Assembly (NCBI GenBank): GCA_903813345.2
Contig: CAIIXF020000001.1
Span: 11,842,001 to 11,906,000, forward strand
Reading direction: 5' to 3'
Length of the DNA stretch: 64,000 bases
Source: Owenia fusiformis
Taxonomy: Eukaryota
Part shown: positions 26,743 to 39,235 of the stretch, one piece after another
Numbering within the stretch: the stretch's first letter is position 1
Layout of the letters: each line of letters begins with the position of its first letter
Made by a program: the position numbers and the translations under genes
The notes under the pieces: model-generated
The model's database searches: none
What the model saw: only the letters and a program-made list of their open reading frames with translations
Told to the model about the DNA's origin: nothing

Positions 26743-27882
26743 CACGGGGGATAAGCAAAACGAGGGCGAAGCCACGGACTGCGACTCGCGTAATTCAAAA
26801 CGAGGTTACAACGCATTATAGCTGAACAATGGCGGTAAGTCCAAACTTAATTTGGAAGGCATGTTAGGATTTGGGGTAGATTATTGGTTTGGATATTCTA
26901 CAGAATAGCTAGTATGTTCCAGTCGGTGATCAACATATTCATACTCCACCTGCAATGGCATTCTTGGTGCTCGGCTGTCCAATAGTTTAGCATGAACACA
27001 AATGAATTCGAAATCTGCCACAAAAAATGTAATTTTGTCAATATTTGTCCCTAATATACCGATTTAAACAAAGGAATCAGAAATGACATCGAATTAATAT
27101 AATTATTCATGTTCTGTTGTTACAATTACATCTTCGTGTGATATTTGGTAAGCGGAAAACGTACAATTACATAGAAAATTGGAATTTATAATAGTCGCAG
27201 TCCATCCATCTGCCCAACGCAGTCCGCGACTCAGTGTTGCTTTATATCTGAAGCTGAACACAATCACAGCCAAAGGTAGATAGCACAATGTGTGTACAGG
27301 TGTGGCCGAAATGGAGCAACTTTGGACAAAGGGCTATTTTAATAGACCTACATCGTGTCTCAATCCATTCTGCAAATATATACAAGCTGTCAAATACAGC
27401 TGAAATCACGAAGTTATGGTAGCTAGCAATTGATGGACTGTTGGAAAGATCATCCAAAATTACATTAACTCACCAACTCTCCAATTATTTGATATTTTCC
27501 TGATATCTTAAATACTAGTTAATGTACCCTTCCCCAACAGCTTTTATTGCATCATCAAAAAGTTAATTGTTTCGCATTTCTACTTCTTATAAAAAGTCTC
27601 ACCACTATCCAATTATCTATATATTTAACCCTATCCACAAATTGGTTTGTAATAAACATATTACGTTGTCATCTTGCGCTTGACTGTTCTGCCAAATACG
27701 CTATTGAATTGCCATATTCAGTTCTAGGTCTTAAACGATACAATATAGCAATTTGGGACATTGATTCAGGTAATAGATATATGTTAATCAACGGATGTCC
27801 CTCCATTTTGGCGCTGGGCTGCGGTGTAAAGTTACGCGAGTCGCAGTCCGTGGCTTCGCCCTCGTTTTGCTTATCCCCCGTG
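26743..27882. mobile_element. Non-autonomous DNA transposon with CAC...GTG ends, perfect 51-bp TIRs and 5-bp TSD (Transib/RAG-like signature)
   Basis: TIR CACGGGGGATAAGCAAAACGAGGGCGAAGCCACGGACTGCGACTCGCGTAA at 26743-26793 and inverted at 27832-27882 (51/51). TAGAT flanks both sides (26738-42, 27883-87). Confidence 0.88.
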
Positions 27883-28612
27883 TAGATCATGAAAAAATAT
27901 TTTTGATCTATCAATTTATAGATGTCAAGTTTTTAGCAATATAGAAAGATGGCATTGTTGTTTGCATTAATTTTCCATTCATTTTTGATAGGATTTTCAA
28001 CCATACGCCATCTTTTAGTCCAAGAGTTATTTAAAAACATACACTTTGTGAAAAGTGGTAATTCACTTCTTTTGATATCTGAACTTGAAATGCTGTTTTC
28101 TATGCGAGTAAATTTTTTTTTCACTTCAGTATTGACATTATAATAACATTACATGTAACCATGGGCCCAAAGAGTGACCCTCCGCATCTGTAGGCTACTG
28201 CTGTCTCAGCGAGCACTCTAGGCCTAAGTACTGTGTGAGCATTAAAAGACTAGGCTATCAAAAGGTTTCCATTATGCTTCTTAGATCTAAAAATATAATC
28301 GTCTGCTGATATTTCATTCATATCTACAGACAAAAAAGATTTATTTTGATGGACAAAATTTAGCCGACGTCGCAAATAATACGTTCGTATTTTTAAAGCA
28401 ACAGTGCAAGTTAGTGTCCTTATGTCGTAAAATGATATATATGATACCAATCTGATCGTCTAAGTCTACCAATGGATCAACAGCTATATTACGTTTATCC
28501 ACAGTCATAAGATATCATAAGAATTATTGATTATAATATATACCTCGTATAATTCGAAACCTCGGATTTCGGAAATAATAGCTCTAGATCTACTTCCTGT
28601 TTCTTCAGCAAA

Positions 28613-31600
28613 ATGGAAAATAAAGTTCTTGAGTACAAGAAGTATTTGGAAAAATATCCAAATGGCGACAAGGTACAGCTTTCAAACTATTTAAATGTGT
28701 TGATGAAGCAATTGCAACTATACACAAGAAATTTCAATTCAAACAGAAACGTATGTGGTTGTTTATTTAGAAGCATACGGTAGCATTTGCTTTAAATAGG
28801 GACTATAAAAAAATTAAAAAAAGTCAAGGACTTCGAATTAGACTACTTTCATATTCAGAAATTTGCACATATAATACTCTTTTAGCCGTCTTGGACAGAG
28901 AAATTGGTAACTACTTAAACACCCTGAGTTGTACACTGGGTCACTAGCCTACAGCTGGCCTTTTCATAACGGGGCTTCCCTGGGATGAGTTTGGCTGGGA
29001 CTATCAACAACATAGGCCCCGGGAACATGTATAAAATAGCGAGTCTACATCTGTATTACTACTTCTTCTTTTAGGTGGTCATCCCCAACCAGAATCTTAC
29101 TGCATTAAGGTCCGATTCGCGAATTTTAAGCTTTGCCAGCTTACCAATTATCACTCAAAAGTAGGATCGATACTTCGTTCAACTTTTGTGTGTATTAATA
29201 AATTTTTATACTGTCTATCTCTAGCTTTAAATCACCTGTTAATTCGAAATCATTCCCTTTCGAATTTTGTCCGGACCCGCAGCCATCTTGTTTTTGTCAT
29301 AGCTGGTTGGGGTGTCACTCCGGTAAATACCACTCGCGGTGTTTTTAATACTTTAAAAACGAAGCCATGCCAACTTCTATGGTGTGTATAGTAGGTTTAA
29401 GTGTATGCAATATGGAACCAAGATGTCGACTCGCTATTTTATACATGTTCCCTGGGCCTATGATCAACAATTTGACACAGACGGGGCTGCCCTGGCTATG
29501 ATGAGTTTGCCTATCAGACTCTTGACTTATCTAATATATAAATACAGTCAAATGGCCAAGACTTATAGTCACGGTCTTGTGAGCGTTGATTACATTATAT
29601 TTCAAAAGTCGAAAAGTGGTGATGTTATTTATGCATATATATTTCTTACCTCAGTCGATTATAAACAATGTCAGAAATGTTAATCCAAAGTCAAAAGAGA
29701 CACGATTGTCTCATATTGCAGTAATATACACTTCAATCTTTAAATCAATCAGTATTTCAAAATGTTTGCCATCAGAGCCACAAATCGTGAGTGTTACAAA
29801 CACATCAATGATTTCACTAAGAATTGGTGTTGTATTGGACATGTTGTTAGGTAAAATGCACTTGGAAATTCCTGCGAGTGAACAGTTAGACTATATCCTC
29901 TAGTCTGAAATTTTTTTTGAAATGTTCTGACTATAGCCCATATATGTTAAAATTTGGGATTGAAAATTATTTGTTTACTGTACATAGGAAGTGCCATTCA
30001 AAATGGCCGATTGGGTAAATTAATTTGCATATTTGTTACTTCCCCTAGCTTCATTTCCATTTGACAATATGCTGTGTTACTTTTTATAGCATTTAATTGT
30101 ACCTTACTACTTCATTGAATTGTTATAATGCTTATTTTTTGGAAGTGAAGTTTCCTAAAATTGATAATTGTGTGCAGGAAATTTCCTGTTTTTTTCCCAC
30201 AGGAGGGACATAATGATCAATAGACTGAATTCTCAGGAAATTCAGTCTATTGGATATAGACTAAGTGATCAGTGACAGCGGGCAAATCTGAAATGACTTG
30301 GAGCAGTGCTTCCACTTTAGCAGCAATGTCTCTTAGCTTCTTTGAAGAAAGGCTTTAATGTCACCTTCTTTTCTGTATAAAAATTACACCATCATGAAAT
30401 AAACCAAAACTTATAACTAAAATATTTGCTGGTACTGTTCATTTTAAATTAGATTTCATATGACTATGACCTTACCAATCACCTATTTTGTATTGTTCTT
30501 TTAGGTCATGCGAGTGTTGGAGAAACTTAAGAAAATGGAACTGCCTATAAAAGTTTTACAGGTATGTATGATCAAAAAATTACTCAGTATCATAAATCAT
30601 ATTGATTTGTTTTTGAATTTCATCCCGAGTGCCCATGTTGAAAACAAACAAAGAATTCATATTGAAGAACCATTCACTATCTTAATACAGGTTGACCCAA
30701 AAATGTAACACTGTCATTTTGGAATAACTTAATTTTGGTAGAATTTTCTTGAATCTTCTGGCTTACATAGAGAAGTCAATGAAGCAAACAGTGTTGTATG
30801 TATATCTCATCTTAATCTTAAGAATTTAGAGAAATCATGTTTTCCATCTAAGCATGCCCTCCATTGAATTGAAAGTTTTGGTAAGCTTTTAGGACTACTC
30901 AGAATACTCAGAAAAATATGTGTGAAAATTAAATTCGAGCCGTCAACAGTTGTAGAAATATCAGGTGCTCATACAATATACAGTGATCATCCCAGCATTA
31001 AAGCAAGTGGGCGCAGTACCAACCTGAGATTTTATAAACAGGCTTGCACCCACTTGAGATTTCATTTGCATCCACTTGAAAATGAGAAAAATCATGTAAA
31101 ATGGGCATATTTTGACCAAAATTGGACTGAATTGTGAAAATGAGAATTTTGCACCCACTTGAGAAAAATTCCTGGAGAGAACACTGATGTACAGGTTGTA
31201 ATCATTTTTGTCACCCTGTATATTATAAAGTGCTGTATGTATGTGTATACAAGTATTTCATTGTATGATCCTAGCCCCATAATTAAGTCCTATACTCTAC
31301 TGAAATGTAGTTATTTGTCTCTGTTGATAGGCAACCAGTATTGGTAAAACACTGAACAGCTTCAGAAAGCGTGATGGTGAAATTGGTCTCAAAGCAAAGG
31401 TGATTGTTGCTGCATGGAAAGAAATGGTTTGTCGAGAAGAGGCTGCCAGAATTGAAGCAAAAATCAAGAAATCACAATCTAAGACAAAACGTGATTCGGA
31501 AAAACAACACAAGTCTTCAAAACATAAACAAAGGGAAAGGTTTACACATGATGATGTCACTCCTGAAGTTGATGAACGCAGAGTAAAGACAGAGCCGGAA

Positions 31601-34600
31601 ACAAATGGATACGAACCAAGAAATGCAAATTTATCGATAAAGCAGGAGAATGATTCGAGTGCATTGACTATAAAATCTGAGCCAAAGGATGAAACTTATC
31701 CTGTGAGTCTTCAACCTACCATTGTGAAGCAAGAAAAAGTTGATACAGAGGATAAAACTACTATAAATGATAGTATTCAAATCAAAAAGGAAAAGATTGA
31801 CAAAGGTTGGCAAAATGACTCCACAAAAACGATTGCATCTACAAGTCATCAAAAACTTCAACACTCTGATACTAAAAAAGTACAGCGCACACCCAAAAAG
31901 AGTAAAACGATCAATCCATACAGTCAAACCTCTTTTGATGACTACTGTAAGCAGAGTTTTGAACAAGAGTTCAATGCATTCATTAGTGAAGAAGCACTAG
32001 ATGCAGAACAAAATTCAACGGAACAATTTTTCTCACCAAGATACTGTGACCAAACTGCAAGTGACAATAGATCACCTTATACATCTTTAAATGAAAGGGA
32101 TAATGATTTAACAAGCAGGAGGGACCACACTTCATCAAACAAAGCAGATGACATATCAAATTATTCTGATGAAAATGACTATAACTCAGCAAGTGAAAGT
32201 GAGCAAATATCAGGGAGTAGAAGTGAAGGACAATCTGGAAACTCTGATGTCAAATCCAATTCCAAAAATAGAACTGAATTTGCATCATTGAAAGATGATG
32301 AGAAAAACAAATATGAATCATCGAGTCATGACAAGCACAAATCATCAAGTTATGACAAGCACAAATCATCAAGCAAAGGTGACCATAAATCTTCAAGTCA
32401 CGGTGAGCGCAAATCCTCAAGCAAAAGTGACCATAAATCCTCAAGTAAAAGTGACCATAAATCCTCAAGCAAAAGTGACCATAAATCTTCAAGTCATGGT
32501 GACCATAAATCTTCAAGTAAAAGTGACCATAAATCTTCAAGTCATGGTGACCATAAATCTTCAAGTAAAAGTGACCATAAATCTTCAAGTCATGGTGACC
32601 ATAAATCTTCAAGTCATGGTGACCATAAATCTTCAAGTAAAAGTGACCATAAATCTTCAAGTCATGGTGAGCACAAATCTTCGGGTAAAAGTGACCACAA
32701 ATCCTCAAGCAAAAGTGACAACAAATCTTCAAGTAAAAGGGACCATAAAACATCAAGCCAGGGTGACCACAAATCATCTAGTCATAGTGACCATAAATCA
32801 TCCAGTCATGGTAACCATACATCTTCAAGTCATGGTGACCACAAATCTTCAAGTAAAAGTGACCATAAATCTTCAAGTCATAGTGACCATAAACCTTCAA
32901 GTCATGGTGAGCAAAAATCCTCAAGTAAAAGTGAACACAAATCTTCAAGTAAAAGTGACAGTAAATCATCTAATCATGGTGACCATAAATCTTCAAGTCA
33001 AAGTGACCACAAATCTTCAAGTAAAAGTGACAGTAAATCATCTAATCATGGTGACCATAAATCTTCAAGTCATAGTGACCAAAAATCTTCAACTAAAAGT
33101 GACAGTAAATCATCTAATCATGGTGACCATAAATCTTCAAGTAAATTAGAAAATGAATCATCAAGTGAGCACAAATCATCTGGAAAAGACAATAATCAAA
33201 AATATTCGAATGAAGAGCATTCCAATCAATATTGTAAAGATGAAGACAAAGCTGTACATGAGGTATACATTGACAGTAGTCAGAAATCGTCAAGTACATT
33301 TAAAGAAAATTCATCCATCAACAATGATCTTGCCTCATTAAGCAGTCAAATAGACCAACTTTTGAATTCAAGTGATAACCCCTTAAAGACAGACAACAAT
33401 ATAAGTGAATCTAAACCTTCGGTATCAATACACAAACATAAAAAGATTACAAAGTACCATGATTTGAGTGGATCTGAATCAGATGATGATCAACAAAACA
33501 AAAGGGCTAAAGAAAACAATAAAGCTCGGGCACATATGATAAACGACAAAGCAGTCAGTGAAACGTCTGGTGTAAATGAGAATCTGATTGACCCAAGTGC
33601 AATAGATGAAGGAGATATCGGTCTTTCTTTTGACGATTTCTTAAACTACGATGCTGTTGCTACAGGGAAGAAAGTCAAAAAGACGAATGAAAAAACAAAA
33701 GAAGAATCCAGGTTAAGCATGGAAGCAATAAGGGAAAAGTTTAAAGTCAAGAAAAAATCCGATGGAAATAAAGATAGCTCTCAAAATGACTTAAATGATA
33801 TAGGATCTAATGAGTCAAAGAAGCATGACAGCTCAAGTAGTAGTAAGCACAGCAGTAGTAAAGACACTAGTAGTAAGCACCATAGTAAAGACCACAGAAG
33901 TAAAGATAGCAGTGGTAAAGATGACAGTAAACACACCAGTAGTAAAGACAGTAGTAGTAAACAAACTACTTCAAGCAGTAGTAAACACAGCAGCAGTAAA
34001 GACAGTAATAGTAAACACACTAGTTCAAGCAGTAGTAAACACAGCAGCAGTAAACACAGTAGTAGTAAACACACTAGTTCAAGCAGCAGTAAACACAGCA
34101 GCAGTAAAGACAGTACTAGTAAACACAGCAGTAGTAAAGACAGTACTAGTAAACACACCAGTTCAAGTAGCAGTAAACATGGTAGTTCAAAAGACCATGA
34201 TAAAAAACGTTCCAATTCATCAACACATCATAAAAGCTCAAGTAAAGACAAACATTCGAAGTCTGACTCTAAGCATAAAGACTCATATAGAGAATCAAAG
34301 AAAAATCATTTACTAAACATGGGGTCTGAATCAGATGCTGACTTTATGGACTCTGACTCCAACTCTGCTCTACTGTTGTGTGGAGCTAAGAAACGTAAAG
34401 CTGACCTTACTAAGTTGGATGTCCCTCCTCCTCCAACAAAGCAGGTATATCTATGGGAACATTTATAAAAGCATTTTAAGGTTAATATTTAGATTGTGTG
34501 TGCAACTTAATCTATTTGTAATATTTTTATAGAGCTGTTTTTATGTCGCCACCACAATTACCACCAAGAAGTGCTTCTTGTGACCAGCATTTAGTATCTG

Positions 34601-37600
34601 TAACTAATGTACTACCTGTCTTAGAATTTTAGGCAATATACAATACCTGTTTTTTTATTTACATACTTTTATACTATAATGCAACCAGGTTATGTTTTGA
34701 GTTTGTATTACTTGTATCTCCGAGGACTTATAAAAAGTATAATCTTGTATATTTTAGGTAAAGCTGTCTAGTAGTGATATATTTGGAACACTCCCGGAAA
34801 TCTCCCCCAACTACAAGCCCCTGCCTTACCTACCCATGGGTATACCGTCCAAAAATAATGGTAACATTGTTTAACAACATAAAACATGATTTAGAAATAA
34901 TTTAATTTCTTAAACTTAGTCAACAACTTGTTAGGAAATTGATAAAAGTAATACATTATCCAAGCAATAGTACAAAAATGATACATTATCCAAGCAATAG
35001 TTCAAAAGTGATACATTATCCAAGCAATAGTTCAAAAGTGATACATTATCATTATCCAAGCAATAGTTCAAAAGTGATACATTATCCAAGCAATAGTTCA
35101 AAAGTGATACATTATCATTATCCAAGCAATAGTTCAAAAGTGATATATTATCCAAGCAATAGTCAAAAAGTGATAAATAATAATTATCCAAGCAATAGTT
35201 CAAAAGTGATACATTATCCAAGCAATATTTTCATTTTGTATTGTTTGGTATCAAATCATAAATATTTATTTTCTACTCCAAGCATTCAACGAGAAGGATA
35301 GTGTATGCCAAGCAAGTATATATGTTTTACAGGTACATATAACTAAAGGCATTTTCTAATTTTTCTTACATTCCAGAATCTATCCCTGTGGACATAGGCA
35401 AGAAGAGTCATTCCCGAACACAGGTCTATTCTGGACGTAAACAAAACCTCACCGAAGTTCCAAGTCTCTTTGATGCATGCATGAGAGTTGTTATGGACAA
35501 TATTGATGGTAAATACATTTTATCATGCCATCTTTTGATATTTCTTTTTCCGTACTTGAACTAAAATCCTGATTCTATATTCATATAGACAAAGAATGCC
35601 ACACCCATATGTCTATTAATCCATTTGTCTGGAATCAGATTTACATATCAGTCTGATTCAGTTCATATTTTATTATGATTAATTCACAACTTATATTAAT
35701 AGGTGATAATATTGACTTTCATGATATCAAAGATAATTGCCAATGATTAGCTTGTATAAGGGCAATTATCTAAGTGCATTACATGTACATCTATATTGTT
35801 CAATAACATGTCCCCTACCCTAAACAACAGCTGTCCCCTAAACAACAGCTTCGCGCAAGTTGTTACACTTTGGATTCTCATGTTATGTCATGTGGTGAGC
35901 ACCAGTAATCGGTTTTGATTTTTTCAGATATTGATGGGTTTCCAACATACATCCCATATGATGTTATCAAGCCTGTATTGCAGAAGTGCAATCCTTCCCA
36001 GCTCTATAATATTGAAGACTGTAACCCAGTAAGTAATGCAAGTTATGTCACTACTACAAGTGGTAACATATTGTTATGGTCTCCAACTTTTTTGTGGACA
36101 TTGTTCGGTGGTTGGTGTTTGGCATTTGGTTGTTGGTATTCGATGGTCGACATCTGTAACAACCAAAATACTAATAATAAAGTAGGTAAAAATTGGATTT
36201 AACAAGGTCAGAGAGAATTGGGAAAAACTGATTATCCTCCTGACATGCTGTTTGTCCGTCCATATGTTCATCCTTCTGTATGGATGGTAACTCTAAAACC
36301 AGTTTATGGAATTGATTTAAATTTAAAGGCTTATTCCTTATGTTAACAGAACCTCTGCTCGGGAATGAATTGCCAATATGGCTGCTTAATTCAAATTGGC
36401 AACCTTATTTTATGAAAAATGGAATCCTTGATAGCTCAAATACCAACCAGTTGACTTATTTGGTTCATATTTCATAGGCCAATGCTTTATGGATGTAGGA
36501 AGTCTGCTCAAGAAGGAATTCCAATATGGTGTCACATTGGTGTAGATTTTGCCAAAAGCAGACAATACATCCTGGTTATTTCTATTATGTATGTAAAAAA
36601 TGATGAGTGATTTGATAAAGTTGGATGTTCTGGATTATGTCACCAAAATTACTAGTTGTGTTCCTGTTCCCGCATTACAATTTTCAGTATTTCAAAATTC
36701 AGTGTTTGACATTTAATGTTCATAATGTCTTCTTCCAGTATCTCATTGAGGACACGGAGCAACTGTGGAAGTTACATGCAGAACGAGACTTCAGAAACAA
36801 AGAACCAAATAAAGATGACTGTGAAAGTTATAGAGAAATGTACCTGGTACGGAAATACTGTTTTTAAATATGATAATGAGTCCATACATATAACTTTTGC
36901 ATTTTATATTCGAGATTTTTTATTTGAAAATATTGTGACAATGTTTTAATACTTTGGAGCTCTGTATGTCATGGATAAACTCTTCTACTCATATCAACAA
37001 AGAATTATTTTTTTGTATTTGTTATAGAAACTGCATGACGAGCGTGATGCAAGGTTGAAAACGCTTACCAGTTCCATAAGTAGAACTGCCCAAAAATCCC
37101 AGAAAGATGGTAAGACATACAGTAAATTTGGCTATTAGACATTACATGTTGTATTGGTTTTCAAAACCTAGTGTGATATGTTGATAAATTGATTTAGAGC
37201 CCTCAGTAAAATGGATATTATCCAGAAATAACATCTGCTGTATCATGTGTGAAGAGACTCAAAACATTATCAGACATAAAAAAACACTAAGTCGTCTCAG
37301 CCTAATAGGAAAATAGCCAATAATATAAGTGTAAAATTCAATGGAATTATCAACAAGATGCATTTAGTATTTTTAGTACCATGCAACAATTTTAAGGTAT
37401 TTTTATTTTATTTCAGTGAGGAAGGCTAAATTAGCATATGTTGATACATTTGTGAAACCCCCTAGAGAAGTTTTAAGAAACCAGAAGAGATATGGCACGG
37501 CAGGTCCTGTTGCAACAGATCCTTTGTCCAGACTGTCAAGCCATGGGGGCCAGAAGTCAAAGCCAGGACGGAGTGTAGGTCAACATAGAAATCGTGAAAT

Positions 37601-38274
37601 GGAACAAAACCTTGGAGCAAGCTTGAGGCGAAATAAAGGTAAGAACTTACTTTAGGAGTATTGAAGGAAATGTGTTTCAGGACCAGGGTGTGGTCCTGAC
37701 CAGTTTCTTTTTTTGGTCTGGACCAGCTTACTTTTTCGACATGTGTAGGAAGATTACATTGCAACTGTTTTGACTAACATGTCTTAAATCCTTATGTAAA
37801 ACGTAATCTGAGGCATTTATGACCACCAAGTTGTTCTGGATCTCCAGATAGATAGGGCAACCCTAAATGCAGCACAAGATAACAATGGATATTTTGTAAA
37901 ATTTGTAATTGCCCTCATATCATTGAACACTTTCAACTCCCTGATAATGAAGCATTTATTATACTGTAATTGTTACAAATGAAATAAAGCGAAAAAACAG
38001 TGGGATACATTATATTATTTGTTCACTGAAATTATTTTAAGACCAGTGGCATGTCCAGTACTTCGATAAAGGTGGTGCACTTATTTTATTGTTAAATTAA
38101 AAAATACGAAGTTGACATTTAGATATTCCAATGCCAATCCGTGTTGACACTGAACAATCTGTATTATTAATTTGTAAAAGTTTAACCAGACTGTCTGATT
38201 ATTTTTCAGAGGCCAAAAGGGTTGCCCCAATGATGCAGAAAACCCTACAACTGATGAAGAGACTCAAGAGATGA
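28613..38274 (+). CDS. ELOA: Elongin A (transcription elongation factor B polypeptide 3), about 1347 aa, 10 exons
   Basis: Exons 28613-28672, 30505-30561, 31331-34444, 34758-34860, 35377-35508, 35928-36028, 36739-36846, 37028-37109, 37417-37638, 38210-38274 (4044 nt, frame-consistent). N-terminal TFIIS-like domain (LQATSIGKTLNSFRK...AKVIVAAWK), PNYKPLP, RTQVYSG, BC-box VPSLFDACMRVV, KPPREV, and C-terminal APMMQKTL. Confidence 0.93.
29888..30263. mobile_element. Degenerate MITE, ELOA intron 1
   Basis: TAGACTATATCCTCTAGTCTGAAATT vs the inverted AATTCAGTCTATTGGATATAGACTA. Confidence 0.45.
30981..31186. mobile_element. Second copy of the 10330-10535 MITE, ELOA intron 2
   Basis: Shared AGCATTAAAGCAAGTGGG...GAGAATTTTGCACCCAC body; CAGTG/CACTG ends; flanks ATATA/ATGTA. 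Confidence 0.75.
32320..33145 (+). repeat. Coding 24-bp (8-aa) tandem repeat in ELOA exon 3
   Basis: Units SSHGDHKS / SSKSDHKS (TCAAGTCATGGTGACCATAAATCT and variants), about 34 copies. Confidence 0.92.
34950..35226. repeat. 30-bp minisatellite with 36-bp variants, about 9 copies, ELOA intron 4
   Basis: Unit GATACATTATCCAAGCAATAGTTCAAAAGT; some units carry an extra CATTAT. Confidence 0.92.
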
Positions 38275-39005
38275 TCTTAACATAGCATCACCATCTCACC
38301 ATCTACAAATAACTCAAGAGCCTATCTATATGCCAATCGTGATATTGCCTCTATATTACACAAGCAAATTCAGCCTGCTAGTCTAAATCATGCCAAATCA
38401 AGAGGGCTTGGAATGTGACTAAAGAGATGATGGCATCTTGTAAAACTTGAAAACCTGCCGTTATGCTATGTTTAGTGATATAATGTTACTCAAGCAAATT
38501 CAGCCTGCAAGTGTTATATATAGCCTAAATCGTACCAAATCAAGAGGGCTTGGATTGTGCAATGAACAGCTATAGATTGCTCATTATCTGGCACAAATTG
38601 TCAGAGTAACTTAAATAACTAATTATTGGAAGTGGAATTACATGTATTTATTTTATTTTATATGCTAAGCATTACAAGCAGTTGGCCTAAGCCAACAAAA
38701 TGATTGCCATTTGTTTGTATATTACAAAGCAGGAAATGCAGTTGGAGCAGAGAACTCTGCCAAAATGATATGCCAATAGAACATACTGGAAGTGACTTGA
38801 AATCTCCCTGTATTATGTTGTTGGACCAGATTTATTTGTATGATATAATCTAGGTGATCACTCCAGTTAATACCTACCCCTAGTAAACACAAATTATCCA
38901 AACATACTCTATTAACATTTGTACAGAAAACCCTTTGTAATGGACACCTACTTATAGTGAACACTTCTTTTGTGTCTCCAAAGGCATTCCCAACCTTACA
39001 CCGTA

Positions 39006-39235
39006 TACTGTACTTCTACTTCATTTGGCAGCCAAGTTAATTTGGTTGATCTGCCAAATTGTTAAAGTCTGCCAAATTAAGTAGCCACCAAATTCCCTGG
39101 TAATTTGGTACCACGTTAATAAGTACAATTAGCGCATTCTAATATTGCAAGTCCAACAAATAAAGTTAGACGCCATATGTTCAAAACAGCAAATTCGCCA
39201 AAATAAGTGGCGCCAAATTAAGTAGAAGTACAGTA
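39006..39235. mobile_element. TACTGTA...TACAGTA MITE downstream of the ELOA stop (probable 3'UTR)
   Basis: TACTGTACTTCTACTT ... AAGTAGAAGTACAGTA with internal GCCAAAT repeats. Confidence 0.7.

Noticed and set aside
32250-34316. Alternative-frame and antisense ORFs over the ELOA repeats (32250-32777, 32295-33149, 33781-34215, 33810-34316)
   Set aside because: Shadows of in-frame coding repeats; only the ELOA frame links to conserved exons.
31400-34468. Stand-alone 1022-aa gene as listed in the ORF track
   Set aside because: It starts at GTG and is ELOA exon 3 (31331-34444), bounded by AG/GT sites.
34931-35301. Repetitive ORFs on both strands and a CRISPR-like look of the 30-bp repeats
   Set aside because: Units are directly adjacent with no unique spacers, there are no cas genes, and the context is a eukaryotic intron.
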